A DNA stretch of 28,084 nt from Candidatus Bathyarchaeota archaeon (lineage in GTDB: Archaea > Thermoproteota > Bathyarchaeia > 40CM-2-53-6), in contig VBBA01000146.1 of the NCBI GenBank assembly GCA_005888675.1, forward strand, positions 1 to 28,084, read 5' to 3'. The notes beneath the pieces are model-generated. The model did not search any database. It saw nothing but the letters and a program-made list of their open reading frames with translations, and was not told where the DNA came from. Shown here in pieces: positions 14,015 through 21,450 of the stretch. Both the position numbers and the translations under genes were made by a program. How positions within the stretch are numbered: position 1 is the first letter of the stretch; each line of letters begins with the position of its first letter.

Positions 14015-15592
14015 CTAGGCAAACTGGGCCAAAGCTACTGGCTTGGGCTTTACGATTACCGCGTAGGCTTCCCTGAAGATTGGACGGTATGCGACACCGT
14101 ACAGAATCAGGCCGTCCTTCCCTTCATAGTCCAGTCGTCTGATTACTCCTTCAAGCTTCATGCCGTTTCTTAGCTCCGTTTGTTTGCAATCGACCAGCAA
14201 CACCTTGTTCTCCGTGAGAAGTTCATAGTTCGATGTCCATCTCTGCTTCAGTGGTAGCTTGGCAAAACTCTTCAATTTGGCAACACGTGGAAACTGTTTC
14301 TTGATCATGGGTCCAGGACAGTCGCTGGCGAGGCATTTCTCTCTAGCTGGATAGTATATTCTGTTGCAGCCTCCACAGAGGCTCAGGCTGAATCCATTGT
14401 TGGACAGTGGTTCTATATCGGCTATGATGCGCGGGATCTCGATCTTCTTCTTAATTCTAGAAAGCCTGGCCTTGATCAGGTCTTGGTAAGTATCGATCTT
14501 GATCTCTGTCTTGCGCTTGATGTAATCGTCAACTCCAACGACACGTCCCTTCTTCGCTTCTATTCCTTCTTGGACCTCAAACCAAGTCGCATTAGAGTAT
14601 GCACCGGAGCCGTAAGAGACGGCCAGCACTCGATCGCCCGGCACGCTGCTATCCAATACGCTAGCCAATGATACCATAGTTGAGGCAGCGTAGGTGTTAC
14701 CGGTGTGGAGAACGGTGAGCCATGGTTTGACCTTCCGGTCAATGTCTTCTTCAGTGAGCCGCATCCGGTCTGCAAGCGACGGATCGTCCACGAAGGGTAT
14801 CTTGTCTTGAGTGAGCGCGTTGCATGTTTTCATCGGAAGGTAGCCTGAAGGCTGGTGGAATGTTATCGCATCAAAATCTCTCAGTGTTAACTCGTCATGT
14901 TTGCGAAACAAATTGGATATCGCTCCGATCACGTGCGACATGTACGCCTCAACCGTGGTCCGGCCGAAATGCTTGGGGAATGGAGATTCGTCCCGTCTCC
15001 AAAAGTCCATGAACAGACTTGAGTAGGGCGCGATATCCTCTATCGTCGCAACCAGATCGGTCTTGCCCAAAACGAGGGCAGCTGCTCCTGCGCCAGCTGA
15101 GTATTCCAGGGGATCACCTTTCTCGGCCTGCGCTACGTCGGCGCCTATCGCCAGGCCATACTTTATTCTGCCGCTCCGAATTTCTGCATCCACAAAGCCT
15201 ACGCCCTGCATTCCGCTGTTGCATGCGCCTTCAAGATCGGCGATGAACACGTTCTCGCCGACGCCAATGAATGAAGCTACATGTCTTGCTATAGTTCCGA
15301 CGGCGTAAGGTTTCGACTCGGACCCGACTGTCACGCTGCCGATCTCGTCCGGAGAAATGCCGGCCATACGGACTGCATTTTCAGCTGCTTCGGTCGCGAT
15401 CGTGATTGTGTCCTCTGTGTGTCCCGCGAGACTCTTCTCGCGTAGCAGAAGACCGTTCCTAACTTTTTCGAGCACCTTCTCGAGTTCTTGGCCACGCTTT
15501 CTTTCTCTTTCTCGGACGATCTTGGCCGTTTCTATTCTTTCCCATGGAATGTAGACTCCGTAGCCTACAATTCCCACTCTTCCGTGGCTCAT
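14015..15592 (-). CDS. Hydroxymethylglutaryl-CoA synthase fused to a C-terminal DUF35 (Zn-ribbon/OB-fold) domain
   Basis: HMGS catalytic set: GSESKPY, LEGACNSG, FHQP, GNTY, SYGSGA. C-terminal CGGC-x10-CLASDC and VIRRL...ILYGVAYRP. Confidence 0.9.
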   Translation of the reverse strand: MSHGRVGIVGYGVYIPWERIETAKIVRERERKRGQELEKVLEKVRNGLLLREKSLAGHTEDTITIATEAAENAVRMAGISPDEIGSVTVGSESKPYAVGTIARHVASFIGVGENVFIADLEGACNSGMQGVGFVDAEIRSGRIKYGLAIGADVAQAEKGDPLEYSAGAGAAALVLGKTDLVATIEDIAPYSSLFMDFWRRDESPFPKHFGRTTVEAYMSHVIGAISNLFRKHDELTLRDFDAITFHQPSGYLPMKTCNALTQDKIPFVDDPSLADRMRLTEEDIDRKVKPWLTVLHTGNTYAASTMVSLASVLDSSVPGDRVLAVSYGSGAYSNATWFEVQEGIEAKKGRVVGVDDYIKRKTEIKIDTYQDLIKARLSRIKKKIEIPRIIADIEPLSNNGFSLSLCGGCNRIYYPAREKCLASDCPGPMIKKQFPRVAKLKSFAKLPLKQRWTSNYELLTENKVLLVDCKQTELRNGMKLEGVIRRLDYEGKDGLILYGVAYRPIFREAYAVIVKPKPVALAQFA

Positions 15593-15653
15593 CTAGAAAA
15601 CCGCCAGCTTACCTCTGTAGTCCTACCTTTAGAAAGTCCAATGTGAGTCCCAA

Positions 15654-15671
15654 GGCTATTTAAAATTAGCC
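15654..15671 (-). promoter_or_regulatory. TATA box flanked by a GGCTA/TAGCC inverted repeat upstream of HMGS-DUF35
   Basis: GGCTA-TTTAAAAT-TAGCC. Confidence 0.45.
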
Positions 15672-15835
15672 GGAGGCTTTCACGGAATCCAGTCAAATGC
15701 ATGCGAAATCCTGTCCTTCGCAATATTGGAACTCTTCACTGGAATGGGTGCTAGTCACTTCAACGGTTTCGCAACCGGTTTCGATGCTACTGAGTTACAG
15801 TCTGCTTTTGCGTTTCGGGCCACATCTTTCGTCCA

Positions 15836-17680
15836 GTGCGATTCGAAGGACGATGGACTGTGTTCTCCAGGGTGTCAAGGGCATCCCTTGTCACTGCTAT
15901 AGTCGTGTGTGTGACCATTCTGTCCCTGGTGCCATCAAGCTCAGTCGCGCCTAAAAAACTGCCAGTTGGTTTACCACTTGCAGCGGTGAACGGTCCTCAG
16001 AGGACGATCGTCATCCTCGTCAAATTTGGTGACCAGCCAAACACAACAAAGCCCAGCCAGGTGGCTTCTACCCTGGCAACAATGAACAATTACTACTATG
16101 AGGACTCCTATGGAACCACGTCCTTCCAAACTTCCATCTCACCCAACGGGCCTGCCTGGTACGCGTTACCAAGCCCAATGAGTTACTACGGGACTGATAC
16201 GGCCTCAGCGGACAACCAGCTCGTTGACGATGGTCTACGTGCTGCTCTCAACAACGGTGTGGATTTATCCCAGTTCAAATTTGCCACCTTGGTGCACGCT
16301 GGTAATGACGAAGCAATGACTCACGTTGCCTCAGACATTCACTCATTCACGATCCAAGGCTACATTTTTTCCACGGGCCCGCTAACCTCGATCAAGATTT
16401 CAACTTCGGTTGTATCGGAATCTGATCCAGTGGGAGTGTACGCCCATGAATCAGGTCACCTCCTCGGTCTTCCCGATCTATACGATGTGACGGGACGAAT
16501 CGATCCTACGAACAATTTTCTGGGATATTGGGAAATAATGGCCCTCGGAGAATGGAACCCTAACAATGGACTACCATGTCCAGGGACCTCTCCTTGCCCA
16601 GGAACATACCCCGCCCTTCACTCCGCGTGGTCGAAATTGCAACTTGGATGGCTGGCTGGTGGACAAAGTTGCAGCACTACAACGTCTGGAATGTGCGCCG
16701 TTCAGTCGGGAACCGCTGCAAATATTACTTTACAGAATCTAGAACAGCCAACATCAGGAGTGCAGGCTGTGAAAATCCCGATTGCATTTAACAGAGATGG
16801 CACGATGACATACTATCTTCTGGAATTGAGGGCCAAACTTGGTACTTATGACCGTTATCTGCCGTTTCCCACAACTTACCCAGACGCAGGGGTTCTGATC
16901 TATGACGTCAATGAAAGTATTCCGGCGGGGCATGGAAGCATACGCTTGATTGATGCTCATCCCGGTGGTGGGCTCGATGATGCACCTTTCGGTCCCTGTT
17001 TCAGCCCTTGTGCAAGTGAGAACACCTTTGCAGATCAGCCTAACTATGTGAAGGTCATAATCACCAGTACGTCGCCAACGGCGTATTCAATTACGGTGGA
17101 CCGAACTGCTGCACCGGCCTTGTTATTGCAGATCAATACAAGTCCGGGATCTACTGGAGTCATGGTTTCAATTGACGGTGTCAACAACACGTCCGACTCC
17201 ACTGGTCAAGTTCGGATGCCAGTGAGGTACGGTCCTCATACAATCTACGTTCAATCTCGGATCCCATTGACAGTGGGATCGGCGACAGTGACGGTTGGTC
17301 TTGCCAACGCGTTCGCTTCTTGGGATGACGGAGCAACCACAAACCCACGGGGTGTGTCAGTGGTCAAAGATACTTTTCTCACCGCGATCTACCGTGTGAC
17401 AGTGGAGCCATCCATTCCTACTGCCCTTGTCGCCTTTGGTATTTTCGGGGTCATTCTGACCGCGGTTTTGCTTCATCGTCACAGAAGCAGAAGAGGGAAA
17501 GCTAATTTGGTGATGTCGCAGGGACAAGTGATCTCTCCTGTGCCGAGCGTCATAACGATGCCTACAGGGTCGTCGCGTCCGATTCCTCAAAGAGACCTGG
17601 ACAATGAGGGTCTACTCCCAGGGAACGATAGTTTTGCGAGACAATCCGTAGACCACACCGAGAGTGCCGATGGCCCCTAG
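15836..17680 (+). CDS. Secreted, C-terminally membrane-anchored M6 family (immune inhibitor A-like) metalloprotease
   Basis: N-terminal hydrophobic signal, VHAGNDE, HESGHLLGLPDLYD (HExxHxxGxxD), WEIMALGEW Met-turn, YYLLELR, C-terminal TM helix. Exact start uncertain. Confidence 0.9.
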   Translation: MRFEGRWTVFSRVSRASLVTAIVVCVTILSLVPSSSVAPKKLPVGLPLAAVNGPQRTIVILVKFGDQPNTTKPSQVASTLATMNNYYYEDSYGTTSFQTSISPNGPAWYALPSPMSYYGTDTASADNQLVDDGLRAALNNGVDLSQFKFATLVHAGNDEAMTHVASDIHSFTIQGYIFSTGPLTSIKISTSVVSESDPVGVYAHESGHLLGLPDLYDVTGRIDPTNNFLGYWEIMALGEWNPNNGLPCPGTSPCPGTYPALHSAWSKLQLGWLAGGQSCSTTTSGMCAVQSGTAANITLQNLEQPTSGVQAVKIPIAFNRDGTMTYYLLELRAKLGTYDRYLPFPTTYPDAGVLIYDVNESIPAGHGSIRLIDAHPGGGLDDAPFGPCFSPCASENTFADQPNYVKVIITSTSPTAYSITVDRTAAPALLLQINTSPGSTGVMVSIDGVNNTSDSTGQVRMPVRYGPHTIYVQSRIPLTVGSATVTVGLANAFASWDDGATTNPRGVSVVKDTFLTAIYRVTVEPSIPTALVAFGIFGVILTAVLLHRHRSRRGKANLVMSQGQVISPVPSVITMPTGSSRPIPQRDLDNEGLLPGNDSFARQSVDHTESADGP

Positions 17681-18202
17681 GCTTAGTCCTAGCCAGTTTG
17701 CTGGCCCGTCGTGTGTCACGTACTCGCCAGTGATGTCGAGTTTGATCGAGATAGCATATGAGACTATCTTCTCCTGAGATGAGGGTGTGTTGTCGAGAAC
17801 GAAGTAGTACGAGCCCGAAGTGTTCAGAGGGACCTCTATAGACGCGTTGGACACCGTTTTTTCGTACATGCAATCCGACGGCGGTTCAGCGCTGACGCAT
17901 GAATTCTTATTCGCTTTGTTTGAAATTCGAATATCCAATTGAGACAAGCCTTCGCCGGACGTTGGCTTCACAGTCACGTTCACTATCATTCTTGGGTTTC
18001 CGCCCGCATCTAAAGTAACGTTGAGGGGTCGCGTCAGGACCACTCCGCCCGGAACGACCTCTTGTTTTGGCCCTGAAAGCTCTCTTGCTGAAATTGTCTG
18101 GGTGTTGTGAATGTTTGGAATGGAGGAGTAAATGACCAATCCCAGTGTCAACATCAATAGCCCGATGAAGGCGGGTAGCGGTCTCAAGTGCTTCTGGGTC
18201 AC
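17612..18202 (-). CDS. Membrane protein with two terminal TM helices flanking an extracellular beta-sandwich (GOLD/p24-like)
   Basis: N- and C-terminal hydrophobic helices; VPLNTSGSYYFVLDN motif; GTGA overlap with the ABC ATPase stop. Confidence 0.65.
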   Translation of the reverse strand: MTQKHLRPLPAFIGLLMLTLGLVIYSSIPNIHNTQTISARELSGPKQEVVPGGVVLTRPLNVTLDAGGNPRMIVNVTVKPTSGEGLSQLDIRISNKANKNSCVSAEPPSDCMYEKTVSNASIEVPLNTSGSYYFVLDNTPSSQEKIVSYAISIKLDITGEYVTHDGPANWLGLSLGAIGTLGVVYGLSRKTIVPWE

Positions 18203-19017
18203 TTCTCTTCGATATCTTTCAGACCCTGAAGCTCCTTGATCCGGCTTAACCGTCGTCTCATTATGCTGTTTTCGAGCTCGCTTTGGAGGAGGCTGAAGAT
18301 GTCGCGATGTATTCCAACGAACTCGGACCCTGTTGGGTTGCGTGGTCTGTCAATCTCGATGTCCACTATGCTCTTGATCTTTGCGGGTCTCGCTGTGAGG
18401 ACTAGAATCCTATCGGCAAGTTCGATTGCTTCGGGGAGATTGTGAGTCACGAGGAGAAACGTCTTCTTGGTGCTTGCATGGATCTCTGCAACCTCTTCCC
18501 GCAAGGCTTCAGCGGTAAACTCGTCGATCGCGCTAAACGCCTCGTCCATCAGTACAACCTCCGGATCTACCGCTAATGCCCGGGCGATTCCGACTCGCTG
18601 TTTCATACCGCCCGACAACTGTTTCGGGTAAAGGTTTTCGCTTCCTTTGAGCCCCACCATTTCGATCAGATCGGCAGCAATAGTTGCCCGGTCCTTCCTT
18701 GACCGTCCTTGCGCTTCTAAGCCGAACTCGACATTCTCGACAACGGTTCGCCATGGAAAGAGTGCGAAGGTCTGAAAAACCATGCTGATCTTCGGGTGGG
18801 GCTGGTTGACGATAGTGCCTCTGAACTTGACTTGGCCAGAGGACGGCTTGTCGAGTCCTGCGATCATTCGCAATAACGTAGACTTACCACAGCCGCTCGG
18901 TCCAACGATGCATAGGAATTCGCCCTCGTCTATATGGAAGCTGATATTGTCGAGGGCCGTGAGGGTTTGAGGAGGGTCACTGTAGACCTTAGACACGTTG
19001 GAAAGCTCTACGTGCAA
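18199..19017 (-). CDS. ABC transporter ATP-binding protein, NitT/TauT family
   Basis: GPSGCGKS, VFQTFALFPWRTV, LSGGMKQRV, LMDE, VTHN. Confidence 0.95.
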   Translation of the reverse strand: MHVELSNVSKVYSDPPQTLTALDNISFHIDEGEFLCIVGPSGCGKSTLLRMIAGLDKPSSGQVKFRGTIVNQPHPKISMVFQTFALFPWRTVVENVEFGLEAQGRSRKDRATIAADLIEMVGLKGSENLYPKQLSGGMKQRVGIARALAVDPEVVLMDEAFSAIDEFTAEALREEVAEIHASTKKTFLLVTHNLPEAIELADRILVLTARPAKIKSIVDIEIDRPRNPTGSEFVGIHRDIFSLLQSELENSIMRRRLSRIKELQGLKDIEEK

Positions 19018-19023
19018 CCCTGT

Positions 19024-19827
19024 CTAGGGTCTCCATCTTTTTATTCGTCTTTCTAGTCGGCCGAAGAAGGCTCGGTCCATCAACAAGGTGACGAATCCGA
19101 CTGTCATTATTGCTGCGAGACCATAGGTTAGAGAATGCTGACCCCCCAAGGATGAACTAATGAAGCTTCCAATGCCTGCGACACTAGCGATCAATTCTAC
19201 GGCGAGGAGTACGTTCCAAGCGAATTCGAAGGATAGTCGGAGTCCGGTGAGCATGCTTGGGAATATTGAAGGCATTATTATGTCGGTGAAGGTTTGGAGT
19301 TTGCCTGCCTTGAATATCGATGCGACGTGGAAATAGTCAGCAGGGATCTCAGTGACACCCTGCCGAATTGTGAAGTAAATCGGGAAGAAGGCGCTAAAGG
19401 CCGATATTGCAATGGCGGCTACATTGCCTGGGCCAACGACGCTAATGAGAAGGGTCAGGATCGCTAGATCGGGCAAAGCACCGACCAACATGATCACAGG
19501 AGTCAGAGCCTGATCCAGCTGACTTCTCAAGCCTACCAGGAGACCGAGTGGCAGTACTACCACGAGAGATAATGCGATCCCGAACGCGACGTTAACAAAG
19601 CTCTGACCGACTCGTGTAAGGAATGTGGGAGTCCCTCCAAGCTGGACAAAAGTGAGGACTACAGCATGGAGTGGTGGGAGTTTGTCTGGGGGAATCACCC
19701 CTAGGAGAGAGACGATTTCCCATAAACCGAATATGAGGGAGAAGGAGACAAGCCAAGTTGGAATATGTTTTCGGCCCTTCTGTCTAACTCTGTGAAACCC
19801 TCCTGAGCTAAGAAAAGGGAGTCTCAC
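19024..19827 (-). CDS. ABC transporter permease, NitT/TauT family
   Basis: Multiple TM segments; FFPIY and PSIFPSMLTGLRLSF...AVEL...GIG pattern; GGAGG RBS before the GTG start. Confidence 0.9.
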   Translation of the reverse strand: MRLPFLSSGGFHRVRQKGRKHIPTWLVSFSLIFGLWEIVSLLGVIPPDKLPPLHAVVLTFVQLGGTPTFLTRVGQSFVNVAFGIALSLVVVLPLGLLVGLRSQLDQALTPVIMLVGALPDLAILTLLISVVGPGNVAAIAISAFSAFFPIYFTIRQGVTEIPADYFHVASIFKAGKLQTFTDIIMPSIFPSMLTGLRLSFEFAWNVLLAVELIASVAGIGSFISSSLGGQHSLTYGLAAIMTVGFVTLLMDRAFFGRLERRIKRWRP

Positions 19828-19974
19828 TTGTTACAACCTCCGGGAACAGCCGAAATCCCTCGTCAGAACTAATTAGGTTTGGAAGCCCAGGTGACGTTTG
19901 TACACGCTTACGATCGACGGGTTAGGAACATTGCCCGTTGTGCCCCTTACGGCAAAGCCGAAAGAAGGCCCGGG

Positions 19975-20032
19975 GCCCTCAGAGCCGTTTGACTAGTATC
20001 AGTCCAAAAAGTGCAGGTTTCATCAACCGGGC
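19975..20032 (-). ncRNA. Possible second box C/D-like sRNA
   Basis: GCCC-GG-UUGAUGA(C)-17 nt-CUGA-16 nt-CUGA(D)-GGGC. No convincing C' box and no target identified. Confidence 0.35.
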
Positions 20033-20083
20033 TGTCCCTGTGCAACACTGTGCAGCTGGCTGTGCATGAAGATCAGCTGCGAG

Positions 20084-21337
20084 TCAACTGCGCCAGGACC
20101 TTAGGTACTTCCGCTGGGAAGAAGTGAGCAGATCAATCTTACGGCCAAAAGCAGAAAGCCTTTCCTCAGCGACTCGGACATCGATCTCATCCGGAACCTT
20201 GAGGACCTTGTCCGGCAGTCTTCCGCCGTTCCGTTTTAGATAATCTGCCGAAAGCATCTGATCCGCAAAGCTCATGTCCATAACTTCAGCAGGATGCCCG
20301 TCCGCAGCGGCTAGGTTGACAAGCCTGCCCTCTGACAGAACATAGAGCCTCTTCCCTCCTGGAAGCACATACTCCGTGACCTCACTCCGTGCTTGCCTCT
20401 TCCTTATCGCGATCCTCTCCAGATCCTTCACGCTAACCTCCACATCGAAGTGTCCTACGTTGCATAGGATGGCCTTGTCGGACATCTTCATCATGTGGCG
20501 AGAGGTGATGATGTCAATATTCCCAGTTGCAGTTATGAAAAGGTCTCCAATCTTAGCCGCTTCATCCATTGGCATCACATCGTATCCTTCCATGAGAGCT
20601 TCCAGTGCCCGGACAGGATTGACCTCTGTCACTATCACTCTGGCGCCAAGTCCCTTCGCTCTCTCTGCCACCCCTCGTCCGACCCACCCATAGCCTGCAA
20701 CGACGATGTTGCGACCCGCTATCAGAAGATTCGTTGCTCTCATTATCCCTTCAAGTCCGGATTGGCCAGTACCGTAACGACTGTCGAATAGGTACTTGGT
20801 GAGAGCATCATTTACCGCTATGATCGGAAAGTTGAGCCTCCCGTCACTTTCCATAGCCTTCAATCGCATGACTCCAGTTGTTGTCTCTTCGCAGGCGCCG
20901 ATCACTTTTCGAGTGTACGCCTTTCCTCTCTGATGGGCAGCGATAGAGAGTTCAGCACCGTCGTCGATCAATATGTCTGGATCAGTGTCGAGGACTCTCT
21001 CGAGATTGGATCCGTGATCTTTCGCAGTTACTCCTCTCCAAGCATAAACGTAGACACCGGTTTCGGCTAGAGCGGCTGCAACATCGTCTTGAGTCGAAAG
21101 CGGGTTACTGCCGGTTATCGCAACGCGTTCGGCGCCGCTCCTTAGGAAATCCTCGGCGAGTACGGCAGTCTTTGCTTCCAAGTGGAGGCACATTCCGATT
21201 CGATGTCCTTTGAAGGTTTTCGACGCGGCGAATCGCTTCGCGATTCGGGCGAGGACTGGCATGTTGTCGCGTGCCCATTTCATTTTCACTCTGCCCGTAG
21301 CCGCGAGGCTCGGATCCTTGACTATGCTCAATGTCAT
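20084..21337 (-). CDS. ahcY: Adenosylhomocysteinase
   Basis: CLHLEAKTA, SNPLSTQD, EETTTG, SRYGTGQS, GYGWVGRG, NVGHFD, GHPAEVMDMSFA. Confidence 0.98.
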   Translation of the reverse strand: MTLSIVKDPSLAATGRVKMKWARDNMPVLARIAKRFAASKTFKGHRIGMCLHLEAKTAVLAEDFLRSGAERVAITGSNPLSTQDDVAAALAETGVYVYAWRGVTAKDHGSNLERVLDTDPDILIDDGAELSIAAHQRGKAYTRKVIGACEETTTGVMRLKAMESDGRLNFPIIAVNDALTKYLFDSRYGTGQSGLEGIMRATNLLIAGRNIVVAGYGWVGRGVAERAKGLGARVIVTEVNPVRALEALMEGYDVMPMDEAAKIGDLFITATGNIDIITSRHMMKMSDKAILCNVGHFDVEVSVKDLERIAIRKRQARSEVTEYVLPGGKRLYVLSEGRLVNLAAADGHPAEVMDMSFADQMLSADYLKRNGGRLPDKVLKVPDEIDVRVAEERLSAFGRKIDLLTSSQRKYLRSWRS

Positions 21338-21415
21338 TGCACGTGCTCGATCGAGTTCGACCTCGAACTGCCTTATCAGATCGATCCTGGCCTCCTGAAC
21401 GTTGCTCCCACTGCG

Positions 21416-21430
21416 GAAAGGCTTTTCTAA
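21416..21430 (+). promoter_or_regulatory. BRE/TATA promoter for guaB (probably a leaderless mRNA)
   Basis: GAAAGGCTTTTCTAA resembles the psmA element; TATA is ~25 nt before ATG 21451. Confidence 0.5.
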
Positions 21431-21450
21431 GGCCAGAGTGCAGGTGCAAT

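Noticed and set aside
15697-15954. 85-aa plus-strand ORF upstream of the M6 protease
   Set aside because: Overlaps the protease start in another frame, has no motif, and lies in a promoter region.
19828-19866. Hammerhead-like CUGACGA core upstream of the ABC permease
   Set aside because: No stem II followed by GAAA and no NUH cleavage arm.
19890-19970. c-di-AMP (ydaO) or c-di-GMP riboswitch-like words (ACCCGUC...CGUAAGCG on the minus strand; GGCAAAGCCGAAAG on the plus strand)
   Set aside because: Only short fragments match, they lie on opposite strands, and the other conserved elements are missing.
19980-20086. In-frame readthrough of the ahcY TGA (selenocysteine or recoding)
   Set aside because: The frame stays open for 34 codons, but AhcY is already full length and I saw no SECIS-like element.
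21331-21450. 40-aa N-terminal extension of GuaB from the ORF track
   Set aside because: Overlaps the divergent ahcY start and contains the promoter-like element; ATG 21451 fits better.
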